From: Octopus sinensis
Lineage: Eukaryota
Length of the DNA stretch: 64,000 nucleotides
Direction of reading: 5' to 3'
NCBI RefSeq assembly: GCF_006345805.1
Contig: NC_043000.1
Location: 132,556,001 to 132,620,000 of the forward strand
This document shows positions 1-13,410 of this stretch, piece after piece. The notes below the pieces were generated by a model. It saw only the letters and a list, made by a program, of their open reading frames with translations, was not told the origin of the DNA and searched no databases. The translations under genes and the position numbers were made by a program. Positions within the stretch are counted from its first letter, which is position 1, and every line of letters begins with the position of its first letter.

Positions 1-167
1 ATTCCTATACTTTAATGAAGAGGAAATTGGAAGGTATCATTCACTCCATCCTAAGGCTACTCATAGCACTCTACATCAATTTACCGCGCCCTATTCTGTA
101 CACATACATACTGTTGACATGCATAGATGCATACATACATTCATAGATGCAAACATACATACAAATA

Positions 168-173
168 TCTCTC

Positions 174-268
<95 letters not shown>

Positions 269-290
269 ACTAACTATCTATCTATCTGTC

Positions 291-345
<55 letters not shown>
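168..345. repeat. (TCTA)n followed by (TA)n microsatellite
   Basis: Directly visible tandem repeats; they explain the spurious YLSI/YI ORF at 119-376. Confidence 0.95.
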
Positions 346-350
<5 letters not shown>

Positions 351-1319
351 TACAGGTGAATGATATATGTGTGTGAGTGTGTGTGTCTGTGCGCGCGGAT
401 GCACGCGTGCGTGAATACGCATAAACTTAAATGATTGTATGGAAATCGTATGTGTATGCTACAATATTGCATTATGTTGTATTATAACACTTTCCTCTTT
501 GTAGTCCTTTTGGCAAAACAAGAGCCATTATAAAAGCCATGCTGAACATACGTGCCTAATAGTTCTATAAATGTATGTTAGAAAATTCCTTCCCGTTGTT
601 TAATAAGTAAGACCAAACACAAACTGAATACCTCTTAACATGTCGGAACTGATTACATTAAACGAAACACTTCACACGTTGTGGTTTATCGCTTTACTGC
701 AGTTGTTTGATCCACTGAGCTTTTCAGCTTTTCAATTTCAAGTTCTCCAAGCGAGAAGTCGATAAATATTTATTTTAGCAATCCCTCCCACCAATTTTCG
801 ATTTTCTTTCTTTCTTTCCTTTTTGTCTTTTATTTTTACTTTATACACGAATCTTTTTTTTTCTTCTTTTTTAATACATATACACTCACGTTCGTATAAA
901 TATGTATATATTTCTACCTATACACATTTACACGCATATATGTGTGTACGCATGTATATGCTAATTTATATGTACACAATTGTAAACATACTTAAAGAGA
1001 AAGGTTTGTAAATCACACAGGGTAATGTTACCGTTTCGTTCCGATTCATTTTGGTTCGTTTCCTTTCCATTTTACACTAACCACAGCATGTACATAGGAA
1101 ACGCTATCGCTAAAAATAGTCTTTCTCCCACTAATGAATACCTTGTAAGATAGGAAACCTGAACTTAAGTCTGGGTATATAATATTTTAATTTTAATGTC
1201 ACTTAGGGTCTTTTTTTTTCCTATCTCCCACTGTTTACATTATTTACGCTTTGAATTCCAAATTTACTTATGAACTTATTGATTGATTAATCGTTCCGGA
1301 CAGTAATTAAGTACATCGT

Positions 1320-1350
<31 letters not shown>

Positions 1351-1352
1351 TT

Positions 1353-1631
1353 GTGTAACATCGTCTGTTTTTCCGTTCTTGTTTTCGTATACATTCGATG
1401 CTTTCTTCCAAGGAATCTAATGCTCTTAGCTTAGTTTTTCCTTGGGGCTGGCCAGATTGGAGCAATCTCAAGATTAATCAGCCGAAATTGTGAGGATGAT
1501 CCGGTTCTTGACTGAGGATAGGAAGCTTCGAATGACCCATCCTTGTATTTTTGCATCGTCTATCTGGATGTTTTGTTGTCCCTTTTTTCATCACCTAGTT
1601 GTCAGGATGTTTTGCGTTCTTGTCCCATTTT
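1353..1631 (+). repeat. Dispersed ~270-bp repeat R1, copy 1 (family unassigned)
   Basis: Clear similarity to 10161-10397 (shared ctttcttccaaggaatctaatgc...ggagcaatctcaagattaatcagccgaaattg); flanked by (TA)n. Confidence 0.8.
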
Positions 1632-1729
1632 GTATATATATATAACGGGAAGCTTTATGAAAATAGACAAAAGACGAAGGCAGGTGGAACAACAACAAAC
1701 AATTGTATTAGTATGGCGCTCAGGAATAT

Positions 1730-1960
1730 AAATAAAACAAGTCTTTAACGTTTCGAGCCTACGCTCTTCAACAGAAAGATACCAGAGAGAAAAAAAACAC
1801 AGAAAGAAGGAGAGAAAAAAATGCGTGCAGTAACTAACAATCAACATGGCGATCTGATTTCGGCCAGAGGTCAAAGATCAAACATGAGACGCGAGAGCGA
1901 AATAAGGGGAGATAATAGGGTTGATAATAGGGTTGAATGACCCTAGGATAGGTTGGACAG
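1730..1960 (-). mobile_element. Repeat family F1 (probable PLE pseudo-LTR/3' end) carrying an HHR-like motif
   Basis: Reverse complement shares ctgttgaagagcgtaggctcgaaacgttaaag and upstream gccatg...tag motifs with 4348-4520, 27907-28110 and 41340-41520. Confidence 0.65.
1742..1779 (-). ncRNA. Minimal type I hammerhead-like motif, CUGUUGA core variant (F1)
   Basis: Minus strand reads TCTTT-CTGTTGA-A-GAGC-GTAG-GCTC-GAAA-CGT-T-AAAGA: stem I TCTTT/AAAGA, stem II GAGC/GCTC, palindromic ACGT stem III. Confidence 0.5.
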
Positions 1961-2044
1961 GCGTATGTATGGGGTTGGTGTATGTATTAGTTGTATTAGT
2001 ATGTATTAGTACATATTAGTATGTATAAGTGTGTGTGTGTGTGG

Positions 2045-3478
2045 TTGTTAGTTAGTAGTTAGTTAATTTGGCTCAAAAGCAAATAGCAAGGCCATGTAGA
2101 GGGACATGGAGTTAAGTACAGGGTGGTGTTCATGTAAGAGTTCAGGCCACTCGAGGTCCAGGGAGGCTTTGAACAAAGCGGTCGTCGGCATCTTCACCAT
2201 CTCGTCTGGCAGCTTGTTCCACGGATCCGCAACCGGACGGAGAAAGCTCTCTCTCCTTCGATTGAGATGAAATCGTCGCAGGTAGAGCTTTTCGGAATGA
2301 CCCTGCAGCCGACGCTCCGGAGCAGGAGTGAAGAACAGCTCTTTCGAGAGGTTACACTTCCCGCTTATGATGTTGTGGGCGAGAATGAGATCACCACGGC
2401 GGCGGCGTTTTTCAAGAGAATAAAGGTCGAGCGTCCTCAGCCTTTCTTCGTAGGACAAATTTTTGAGACCATGAACCATGCGGGTAGCCAGCCTCTGGAC
2501 TCTTTCGAGATGCTGTATGTCTTTGAGGAGATAAGGAGAAGAGGCTTGAATCCCATACTCCAATATGGGTCTCACCAGCGTGACATAGAGTGGCAGGAAT
2601 ATGGCTGCTGTGAGCATTCCGAATGACCGTCGAATCAAAAACAGAATTCCGCGCGCTTTGTTGGCAGCATGGACGCACTGGGCCGAAGGCGAAAAGGAGG
2701 AATCCACCAGATACCCAGGTCCTTTACCTGATCGGTCCTCTCCAGCAGCAGACGACCCGGCTCGAAATCAAGTTGAGTTGCAGGAGTAGAGCCGACAGGC
2801 AGATGACAGCACTTTGACACGTTCAGACACAGGTCCCAATCGTTAGACCACTTCCAAATTTGGTGGAGGCATCGACGAAGATCCTCTATACTACCGCGAG
2901 GAGCGACCAGTTTGATATCGTCGGCAAATAGAAGGTGTGTTGCGTGAGGTCGTCGGGCAAGTCATTTATGAAGACTAAGAACAACAAGGGCCCAAGCACT
3001 GAACCTTGAGGCACGCCACTGCTCGCACTGGAGACGTCGGACCGCGAACCATTAACTTGAACTTGGAAGGAGCGATCTGAGAGGAAGGCACCAACCCATC
3101 GTACAATATCCGGATGGAAACTATATGCTTGAAGCTTGACAAGTAGTAGGCGGTGGTTTACCGAGTCAAAAGCTTTGGCAAAGTCCAATAAAACGATGTC
3201 AACAGCATCACTATCATCGAGGATGCGCGTCACCAATTCTTCCATTACTAGTAAGTTGTCAAGCATGATCTCTTCGGCACGAAGCCGTGTTGGAATCAGT
3301 GATCGAGGCTGTGTTTAGGAGGTGGAGCATCATACTTTTCTAAGGATGGTTTCGAACATCTTGCTGATTATTGATGTAAGGGAAACCGGTCGGTAGTTAA
3401 GCGGGTCTTCGCGGCTCCATTTCTTGAAAATTGGGCAGATTATCGCTGTTCTCCAGTCTGCAGGTATAACACCTGAGA
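2045..3478 (-). mobile_element. 5'-truncated CR1-group LINE
   Basis: RT motifs on the minus strand, C-terminal RRGDLI...WNKLP, and a short (TAAC)-like 3' tail at ~2045-2065. Confidence 0.88.
2063..3470 (-). pseudogene. LINE reverse transcriptase, frameshifted
   Basis: NYRPVSLTS, QHGF, LDFAKAFDSV, GVPQGSVLGPLLFLVFINDL and FADD (after a frameshift near 2935) lie in different frames across ORFs 2886-3266, 2635-2820 and 2063-2707. Confidence 0.88.
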
Positions 3479-3906
3479 GAGTATAAGTGCGTATGAGGGG
3501 TCTGGACGTGTGTATGTATAGGGTTGGTGTATGTATTAGTGTGTGTATGTATAGGGTTGGTGTATGTATTAGTATGTATTAGTATGTATTAGTACGTATT
3601 AGTATGTATTAGTTGGTGTACGTATTAGTATGGCACATCATATATGATGTGATGTGTAAAGTCGTGTGGTGTAGTGAGGAGAAGAGGGGGAGGGGGAGAA
3701 GAGAGGGGGGAGAGAGGGGGGAGAGAAGGGGAGGGAAAGAGGGGAGGAGAGGGGGGAAGAGGAGAGGAGGGGGAGGAAGGATATATATGAACTGATGGTG
3801 CTACAGACAGCAGACTTACGACAATCGAAGTACTGCGGGGCTCTTGTCTTTGTTGACACAGAAATTTGAAGTCCTCAATGTGAATCTCCGTAACTATATC
3901 ATTCAA

Positions 3907-3908
<2 letters not shown>

Positions 3909-3968
<60 letters not shown>
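3909..3968. repeat. (CA)n microsatellite
   Basis: Visible tandem repeat. Confidence 0.95.
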
Positions 3969-4296
3969 AACACACACTCAACAAGTTGATAACTTACATA
4001 TAATTTTTTTATACGTTCCGGCAGGTTGGAACACAAATATGCTAAACCGCTGTTGTATTTCGTCATTGAAGTACAATTCGTTTCAGACAAATGTGCATTT
4101 ATATTACACTCGATTTATTACTGTAAGAGTATTCAAGAGTATCCGGTGTTTTGGTAACGTTGCGTTTTCTCAGCCATAGCTACCCCAGGATTAATGAATC
4201 TAACACGAGTTTGTGGCTCTTCTTTATAACTTCAAAAAAAAAATCATTTGTTGGTGTCTGCTGATATCTACCGACAATCGTCATATCATATATCAT

Positions 4297-4331
<35 letters not shown>

Positions 4332-4347
4332 GCCGTGATAGATCGGT

Positions 4348-4518
4348 AACCACTACACACATTTTTTCTCTCCTTGTTTCTTTCTGTGTTCCTTTCTGTG
4401 GAAGAACGTAGGCTCGAAACGTTAAACACTTTTTCAATTCCCGAGCGTTATACTAATACATCTGTTTGTTTTCTACACCACCTGTCTTCGTCTTTTATTT
4501 TTTAGTGAATTCTCTCCC

Positions 4519-4520
<2 letters not shown>
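4348..4520 (+). mobile_element. Repeat family F1 copy with HHR-like motif at 4392-4427
   Basis: Near-identical to 41352-41520; reads CTTT-CTGTGGA-A-GAAC-GTAG-GCTC-GAAACGTT-AAA (one stem II mismatch). Confidence 0.7.
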
Positions 4521-4557
<37 letters not shown>

Positions 4558-4560
<3 letters not shown>

Positions 4561-4850
4561 GAGGCGCAATGGCCCAGTGGTTAGGGCAGCGGGCTCGTGG
4601 TTTCGATTCCCAGACCGGGCGTTGTGTGTGTTTATTGAGCGAAAACACCTAAAAGCTCCACGAGGCTCCGGCAGGGGGTGGTGATCCCTGCTGTACTCTT
4701 TCACCACTCTTTCTCTCACTCTTTCTTCTGTTGGCCTGCTCGCTTAGCCAGCGGGGTAGCGTCATTCGAAGGCTAAAACAATGCGAACGCATTGTGACCA
4801 GCGATGTGTAGCAACATCTGATGGTCTGGTCGGTCACGTGATCACATGAT
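4558..4850 (+). mobile_element. tRNA-derived SINE, family B (CORE-like)
   Basis: A-box-like tggcccagtggttagg, B-box-like ggtttcgattccc; same head as 30587-30752, 30883-31190 and 36541-36722. Confidence 0.85.
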
Positions 4851-5165
4851 ATATATATATATATATAACAGTATTAATATTTAAAAGTTTATATTGCCTA
4901 CCTTTAAACAGTATAGATGAAGAATAAATGATAAATGGTGACGATGAAATAGAAAATGAAAAAGAATTTGATAATAGATTCACATTCCAGAAAAGGAGAA
5001 AGAGAAAGATAAGGACGGAAAGACAACAGGAAAGAGAGATGTAAAAAATGTGGAGACAAAAGGAAACGGAACAATAAATATAGAAATGTTTCTAAAATTA
5101 TTAAATGTATCTATCTAAAAAAAATAATAAAAAGTGAAAGTTACAACATCAATAAGAATGGTTTT

Positions 5166-5322
5166 AAAAATTGGCACAACGCAAGCAGTTTTAGAGTTTG
5201 AAAAACAGGGAATGACATCGATCTCAGTACTTGACTGATACTTTATTTATTGACCCCTGAAAGGATAAAAGGCAAAGTCGACCTCGGCGGAATTTGAACT
5301 TAAAACGTAAAGCCTGAAGGAA
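5166..5322 (-). mobile_element. SINE family A fragment
   Basis: Contains gaaaggataaaaggcaaagtcgacctcggcggaatttgaac, as in the other family A copies. Confidence 0.75.
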
Positions 5323-5394
<72 letters not shown>

Positions 5395-5430
5395 TGATGA
5401 TTATGATGATGATGACGACGACGATGGTGA
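5323..5430. repeat. (GAT)n/(GAC)n trinucleotide repeat
   Basis: Visible tandem repeat. Confidence 0.9.
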
Positions 5431-5699
5431 TAATTAAAAAAGTAGTTCAGATTATTGATCACATCACCAATTGTTCAGCCAAAAGTGAATCTTGCCAAAG
5501 AGACTGAGGACATGATTAGAGTGGCAAACACGTGGTTCCAAGCCAGAGTGACACGGACGTCGGAATCTCGACTCGTTGAAATGTTACCCCTAATCTTTAA
5601 CGACTATGAATTGCCAAATCTTTAGTGTTGAAATAAGAATGATGAAATGTAATATTCATATCTCTTTTTTTTCAAATTAACTATTTTTTAAATAGCTTT

Positions 5700-6880
5700 G
5701 TCGCAGGTGAAGGCAGTTTTTATTATCTGTTTCAAGATTTCTGGGACTGGTGAAAGAGAGAGAGGTAGTTATTCTCAGACCAGTTACCTGGTCCGATTCT
5801 AGGTGTACGCAACGAAAAATACTCAGGGGTCAGGTATTTTTTTCTGCTTGGTGCGTCTGGAGAAAGAGGTCAAGTTCTCCTAGATCGATATCATTAATAT
5901 TTCTCTTGAATCATCGCAAGCCAACACCCGCGTTAGAAAATTTATCAGGGAAGGAATTTCAAAGATCCGACTTTCCGTAAAGAAAGGTGTAGGGAAGTTA
6001 TTATCGCAGGGTTTGGTGGGGGTACAACAAGGATGTCGAGGAGAGGAAAAACGAATGAGTTGGAAATGCTTGAGTGGAAGTGGTAAGGTTCTAGCTAGTT
6101 CTGAGAAGTAGAGATCATTATACAAAGCGTAGAAGAGGCAGAGTGAGAAACCAGTGCATCTGCGGATTAGAGGCTGGAGGGTGATTGTGAGGGGCTTTAT
6201 GCCGATCAGTTGAATGAGTCTTTTCTTAGAGCTGTCTAGGATGTCAATGTGTTTAGCAGCGTATGTCTATGTGTCTCACGTGTGAAAGCAATACTCCATT
6301 TTATGTTTGATCTAAGCTTTCTGGAATATCAGTGGTTGTTGGGGGATGAAATATCTTCTGGCTCCGAAGAGAAGAACCTATCGTTGCAATGAAGTCTTAG
6401 CTATGTTGAGGATGTTCCTTTTACTAGGAGAGACCTCAGTGATGCAGAAGCCCAACGTTTGGAGTCATTATGAGGTTCTAGTTGAAAAGCTGTTCACGAG
6501 TAAGAGGCGCGTGGTGATGACATTTTCTTGATACGAGTAGCGCTTGTGTATTCTTACTTTTGAAAGAGGTAGGATCAACATGTTCTCATTAGAGGATGCT
6601 TTCGTGGGTTCTCTTCATGGAATAAGTGCGAGTTTGGTTTGTGGTGCCTAAATTATGAATGGATAATGTACGGTTAGAGAAAGTTAGACAAAAATGAATA
6701 ATAATAACAGTGGGCGTTGATGGACATGACGATAAGTCATTAATGTATAGAAGACATTGGTGGGTTAATTCTATTATCAACTCACAGGTTGGGCAACTCA
6801 TTGGTAGATTCTGAACCAGATCGTAATGAATGAGCAATGTGGGTTCTAACATTGATTTTTGCAGGACCAAAACCTGATAC
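5700..6880 (-). pseudogene. Highly degenerate LINE RT remnant (CR1/L2/Jockey group)
   Basis: Minus-strand translation gives decayed motifs in the expected order: VLQKSMLEPTLL (~GVPQGSVLGP), LLYINDL, SKNTQALLVSR, HILNIAKT...LFGARRYF...MEYC. Confidence 0.65.
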
Positions 6881-8191
6881 ATAGAGTAAATCTGTTTTTA
6901 ATATATGTAATGTCAATATTTTGCTGAGGATATTAACGATAAAACGGAGGTTGAATTGCCAAAACCAATATTGGAAGGCAGGTTGTTTTTATTTCATTTC
7001 AAATTCTGTAGAAATGCATTTCAAACTCTATAGCGCTGCTAGGAAATTCCGATATTAATAAGAAATCTTTGCCTTTCTTTGAGACTGAAGAAGAGAAATG
7101 CCGGTTGTGAAAGTGTTAAATGAGCTCCAATAAACATCTAATTATAATTAAACCAGGAACCGAAGCTGATTATACAGTAGAAAGTTTTAAGTCAATTAAA
7201 ATGTTCTCCTAAAAGTAAGCTTACTCTGAGTTTTAACGATTAGCTATTTCGTTTTTGCATTCGACATTCGTAATTGTCTACTGAAAAATTAAAACGCTTC
7301 AGGAAACGGTGATAATGTAATAATTAATAACGATATACTTGCACACGTAACTGAACATAAGTACAAACATTATTACATGTATACGTATTTATGTACATAG
7401 AAACACACTCACACATACACGCACAAACGCATGCAGACATACTCACAAGCAGACACGCACACAGTCCAATGACTCACACTTGCTCAGAAAGAGACATAGA
7501 TACAAAGAAAAGAGAAAATTAGTGAACGAGTCGAAAGGGAATGAAATACAATGTATATGCTTTCTTTCTCTCTCTCTCTCTCTGTTTCCCTCCCCCTTCT
7601 CCTCTCTCTCTCTCTCTCCCTCTCTCTCACATACACATAGTACCTACTCATGCACACAGCAATACTCACACACTTCATACGTGTGTGTGTGTGTGTGAGA
7701 AAACAAGAACACTAGTCATATTGGAAGGAGAAATAAATATTTTATTATATGTTAATAGCACGTTAGAACTAAACGAACGCTTTCGAGGTATACCATTTTC
7801 TCGGGGTTGTTTCTAAGCGGGTTTATTGATCGAAAGCTATCTGAAAATACTGAATTCTTGGATAAATCTCAATTTTTCGTTCCTGTTAGAATATGTCCTT
7901 GAATTCAGCTCCTAATATCGAGCACCTTCTCTCTACTGAGGCACACAGGGTGTAATTATATGCTTCAAAACCAAGCAATGATCAGAGCCTAAGAATTTAG
8001 TAAAATTTGTAAATTTGCTAAAAGTTTGTAAGCTATGAAGAGACGATCGCAAAAAAATCTATTCAAGTTTGAGAAGTTTACAATTTTCTCTAAAGCAAAG
8101 TTAGTCAATTGGATGAATTCGTTAGTTGTACGGAGTGGGATCTGCCATTTTAAAGCTGAGAGAGAAAAGGAGGAGAGAGAAAAATTTTAAT

Positions 8192-8970
8192 ATTGGTTTT
8201 AAACTTTGGCACAAGGCCAGCAATTTCGGAGGAGGGGTAAGTCGATTACATCGATCCCAGTGCTGAACTGGTACTTAATGTATCGACCCAGAAAGAATGG
8301 GAGGCAAAGTCGACCCGGGCGGAATTTGAACTCAGAACGTAAGATGGATAAAATGCCACTAATTATTTTGTCCGGCATGCTAACAATTCTTTTCTACTCT
8401 AGGCACAAGGCCCGAAACTTTTGGGGGAGGGGGCAGTCGATTAGATCGACCCCAGTATGCAACTGGTACTTAATTTATCGACCCCGAAAGGATGAAAGGC
8501 AAAGTCCACCTTGGCGGAATTTGAACTCAGAACGTAAAGACAGACGAAATACCTATTTCTTTACTACCCACAAGGGGCTAAACACAGAGAGGACAAACAA
8601 GGACAGACAAACGGATTAAGTCGATTATATCGACCCCAGTATGCAACTGGTACTTAATTTATCGACCCCGAAAGGATGAAAGGCAAAGTCCACCTTGGCG
8701 GAATTTGAATTCAGAACGTAAAGACAGACGAAATACCTATTTCTTTACTACCCACAAGGAGCTAAACACAGAGAGGACAAACAAGGACAGACAAACGGAT
8801 TAAGTCGATTATATCGACCCCAGTGCGTAACTGGTACTTATGTAATCGACCCCGAAAGGATGAAAGGCAAAGTCGACCTCGGCGGAATTTGAACTCAGAA
8901 CGTAGCGGCAGACGAAATACCACTAAGCATTTCACCCGGCGTGCTAATGATTCTGCCAGATCGCCACCTT
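8192..8970 (-). mobile_element. SINE family A: an older copy plus a younger multimer with three B-box units (~184-bp period)
   Basis: gaatttgaactcagaacg recurs at ~8518, ~8701 and ~8885; head (ctgccagatcgccacctt) near 8970; tail near 8390. Confidence 0.85.
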
Positions 8971-9004
8971 AGAGAGAAACTTTAATAGTAACTTTTTATG
9001 TTCT

Positions 9005-9035
<31 letters not shown>

Positions 9036-9477
9036 GTCCCCCCTCTCTCCCTCTGTCCCCCTCTCTCCCTGTGTCCCCCCTCTCTCTCTTTCAGACGAAC
9101 GAATGGCAAGGAAGTGTTACACTTCTTTTTCCCACCCTACCACATAAAAAAAAAGTCACAAATAATTGTCGATACATGACACAGCTCGTTTTTTCAGAAT
9201 CAGTTTTGTATTCTGTATTGACTTCGATTTTGACCTTAACTCGAATTCCTATTTCTTCATACGAGAAACAACAACAATTACAGCGACTAAAGGTACTGTG
9301 TACATATACACAGATCTATCAGGAGCCAAACAACAACTCAAAAACATTCCTACACACATCACTTTATACAATGATTGGGCTAATTTTGAGGATTTCTTTC
9401 ATGTCTCTGTTTGATGCATTGATGAATAGTCAACAGTGTTGGAAGGCATAAAGATTAAAGTTGTAATTGAGAAAAAG

Positions 9478-9920
9478 TTAACTGATACGGAGGGCTGGAA
9501 GCCATCTGAATACTGGAAAAGAGTTACCTGTATCATGATGATTCGCGCTGAGTATTAAAATGTCATCTCGACTACTGCTGCTCAATACTCTGTGAACACT
9601 ATAAAGGCTATAAGAAGTGAGAAGGACAGCTGCAATGGAAACTACGAAGTTGTGGCTAGCAGAAAGGGACACAGTAGGCGTTCTGACTGCGTCTGCACGC
9701 TAGTGTTGCTCCCACAGCTTTGAACAGAGCCTCAGGGTCAATTCAAAACGGCTATGTGAGGCTGCTGGAGATTGGCTGGAAAGGGTTACTACTGGAAGGT
9801 CATATGTCTGGTAACAGAATTCAACTCCTTACCACACCTCTGGAAGTCAGGAGTGGTTGTCAGAGAATCTCTGTGATTTCATCAGCCTCAATCTCTGCCC
9901 TCTTGATTCACCCAATTGTA
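9478..9920 (+). pseudogene. Degenerate, internally deleted Tc1/mariner-superfamily (DD37D/maT-like) transposase
   Basis: Translation gives YVRLLE...WLERVTTGRSYVW*QNSTPYHTSG..QEWLSENLCDFISLNLCPLDSPNCN, matching the WQQDSAPCH...WPPNSPDCNP pattern. Confidence 0.65.
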
Positions 9921-9946
9921 ATCACATACATACATACATATATATA

Positions 9947-10007
<61 letters not shown>

Positions 10008-10160
10008 ATATATAGCTCAAAACTTAACTCGTCCTGTCGAAAAGACGCTTGTCCTGACGTCCTGGTTTTGTGTTATCCTTACCATTATTGTTTTTACGTA
10101 TTTTTGTATTCTTATTCGTGCTATCATTATTGTTTTTACGTATTTTTGTATTTTAATTCG

Positions 10161-10397
10161 TGTAACATCGTCCGTTTTCCGTCCCTGTGTTGTATACATT
10201 CGAGGCTTTCTTCCAAGGAATCTAATGCGCTTGGCTTAGATTTCCCTTGGGGGCTGCCAGATCGGAGCAATCTCAAGATTAATCAGCCGAAATTGCGAAG
10301 ATGATCGGGTTCTTGACTGATGATTGAGGGCTTCGAATGTCCCGTCCGTGTTTTTTGTGTCGTCTTCTAAATGTTTCACGTTCTTGTCCCAGTTTGT
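10161..10397 (+). repeat. Dispersed repeat R1, copy 2
   Basis: Homologous to 1353-1631. Confidence 0.8.
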
Positions 10398-10435
10398 TTA
10401 TTTTTTTACTTTTCCATATATACATATATATATAT

Positions 10436-10502
<67 letters not shown>

Positions 10503-10691
10503 TAAATTTTTACTGATATTTGATAAGATGAGATTCATCATCGAAAACCGGTAATATTTTCTACATATGATTTTTGAAATCGTTTTTATTAAATTCTTTC
10601 TTAAATTGAAATGTCTTAGAGATTTACTTCTGTGCTATTTCCACCTCCCTCTATAAAAAAATTGATTTGTATAGATCTCTAATCTTTTTTC

Positions 10692-10742
<51 letters not shown>

Positions 10743-10759
10743 GAGAGAGAGAGACAGAG

Positions 10760-10870
10760 AGAGAGAGTATGTTTTCTTGTGTTTGTGTTTATCCCCGCCC
10801 CCATCGATTGACAACCGATGTTGGTGTGTTTATGTCCCTGTAACATAGCGGTTCAGCAAAAGACATTCCA
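10760..10870 (+). mobile_element. SINE family C internal fragment
   Basis: gacaaccgatgttggtgtgtttatgtccctgtaacatagcggttcagcaaaagac matches the reverse complement of 20540-20630. Confidence 0.65.
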
Positions 10871-13289
10871 GCTGTGCTCATCGTAACTGTTATTTCAGAT
10901 ATACTATTTCTAAGATAGTCATGTGTGATTTGAAGGATGTTTGGTTGTCATTTCCAGTAATCCGAGTGACCTCGTAGAGGCTCCCCGTTTACAAATTCTG
11001 ACATGTGTTGCGCAGGCTTTTGGATATGGAACTATGACATTCCTTCTGCTCAGCTACTTGTTGTCGTCTATAATTTCACCCCTGACACATTTATAAGGCT
11101 CCAGTAGGCGGTAATCATCAAATATAAATAAAAATGTAAGCAGTGAACTTTAGATAGAATCTGGTGTAAAGCAGAGATGAATATTTGATATCTGGAAGAG
11201 AGTACAACGCCCTGAAATGTAATTTATTCAATGTACTGTAACAATTAATAGGCGTTTACATGTTTCCCGATCATAGAATCGTATTCAAGGGCAAAGAGTT
11301 TATTTTTTTAATTCATTTTATTTTATATTCATTCATTCATTCATATATTTATTTATCTATTCATTTTACTGTTATTATTTATCTAGTCATCTTACTGTCT
11401 TTATTCTTAGTGCCTATGCAGTTATTTTGATTCAGCAATCAGTCGGTTGATCAGACTTACTCGTTTTGTCTTTGGTTGCAAATCATATGACTATCAGTAA
11501 ACATGGCTGGTGTTCTTTTTTTATACTTCTTGAATTTAAAAGTTTACTACTCTTGGTTAAAAAAAAAGATTCTTTTCAAATACTGTAACAGACACTTATG
11601 CACATGTTTACTGCTAGTCTTACTTTATCCTGTAAAAGCCACTTTTGTAAAGTTCATTTGTAATATCAGAAATGCATTCATAGCATAAAGTGCTAAACAC
11701 TTCAAAATAAAGATAAGTTCCTGGTATGCTGGTTCAGCAACCCCTTGTCAGTTCTTTGTAGAACACACTCCTCTACTATTTTGGGGGAATAGTTATCAAC
11801 CTATATCAACTTATTCTCTTGCTTGTGAGTCTTTGTGTTTAAGTCGGAATACGATATTCAGGCAAAGTGTTGCTGTAAAGTACAGAGATATGACTCATTC
11901 TAAATGTGACTAAGAAATGGTTTCGATTCCCAACTGAAGTCATAGTATTTCATTTACTCAACCAAATTGTTACGAGGCTATACTTTCTCATGAAAATACT
12001 CGAGAAACGAAAGGTATGAAAATCGTTGTAAAGATGTTAGGGGATAAAAAGATACTGTAGTAGACATGGAATAGTCTTTCCGATGATGTAAAAAAAATGT
12101 AACACGTATAATCGTATGGTAGTCAAATAATTTGCAAGACTACTAATTACTAATTCTTTCAATCATCAATGTCTTTTATCCATGGCCATTTAATTTTGTT
12201 AATTTCGATTGCATAATGTCTTTAAAAATACTTCAAGAAGCTAAATTCCTTAAACGAATCTCTCCATGAATAACCCAGCGGAACTTGAAATGACGCAATA
12301 AATTCTTCGCTTCAGCTCAGAGGTTATTTCCAGTTCGCTTTTGAATGCTTCTTGCATAAAGTACGTCAACATTAGCTTAACTATTGAATTCTATTAACTG
12401 GGCAAATGAATTATATATTTCAGGGAAAGTATGAGAAGCTGTAATGTTCATGCCTTTTCAAGAAACATTATGCCTAGGTCGAATGAAGTGAGTTGAGCCA
12501 GGAATCGAAAACACATCATGGCCTCTGCTTGACAGGTTCTTTACCACTTCCTTTTTCGGATTTTATTATTTTACTTGAGTTACAGCATAGGTCAACATAT
12601 TTATAACTATTTCTAACATGTCAAGCGACTGTGTAGATCCCTCTCTTATTTCGCCACTCTACATACTATGTTTATAAGAAGAAGAAAAAACATTCTTAAA
12701 AACCAGATTAAATATATTTTCACACACTGGATTTATTGATTCATTCTCTATTTGATTGCTTCTTTAATTCTTCTCATTGTCATGGTACACGAGCCAATGT
12801 AATTCTAAATTGAAGCGTAACGGCGAAAATAAAACCAGAGAAATCTGTAATTTATTTTCTTAGTATCTGTCATCGACTTTAAAGCCGTGGTTTGGGTGAA
12901 AACCGATCTAGTAGGTTACTTTTCTTGTTTATATTATTTTACAAAACATCAAGTTGTTTTCTCTCAATAATGCATGAACATCCCTCATCCACTTTCAAAA
13001 TAATTTATTGACGTCTTATCAATAATTATACACATTGTAGATTGATTAGACAAATTTGAAATCTTCCACTATGAGATCAGAAGGTTAGTGGAAGTAAATG
13101 AAGTAGAAACACTTCTCAGCATGGTGTAAGATCATGTGTGTGGTTTCAAAGGATTGTCTGGTAAAGAACATATAGCTTAGAATGTACCAAACTTCATGAG
13201 GAGAATGGCACCGCGGTACAGAAAACGGTATCAAATGCCTGCTGCATAGGGTATGCGTTGTGTGTAGAAAATGAGTTGTGTCATTGTTC

Positions 13290-13410
13290 TGAGGTGTCCT
13301 TCATAAGATGTGTTACACCTAGCAAGACTAGTTTTTCCGACCGTATGTAATGTAATTTCCAACAGTGCTCACTCTTATGCAAATTGCCGGGAGTAATAAT
13401 CTTATCCATG
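13290..13410 (-). pseudogene. Possible C-terminal remnant of an RLE-type (R4/Dong-like) non-LTR retrotransposon
   Basis: Minus frame IITPGNLHKS...EKLVLLGVTHLMKDT resembles the QKAVLLGTxHIxRKxL terminus; short match only. Confidence 0.3.

Noticed and set aside
4558-4625. tRNA-like A/B boxes here and in other SINE heads
   Set aside because: No complete cloverleaf, and the heads continue into SINE bodies, so these are not tRNA genes.
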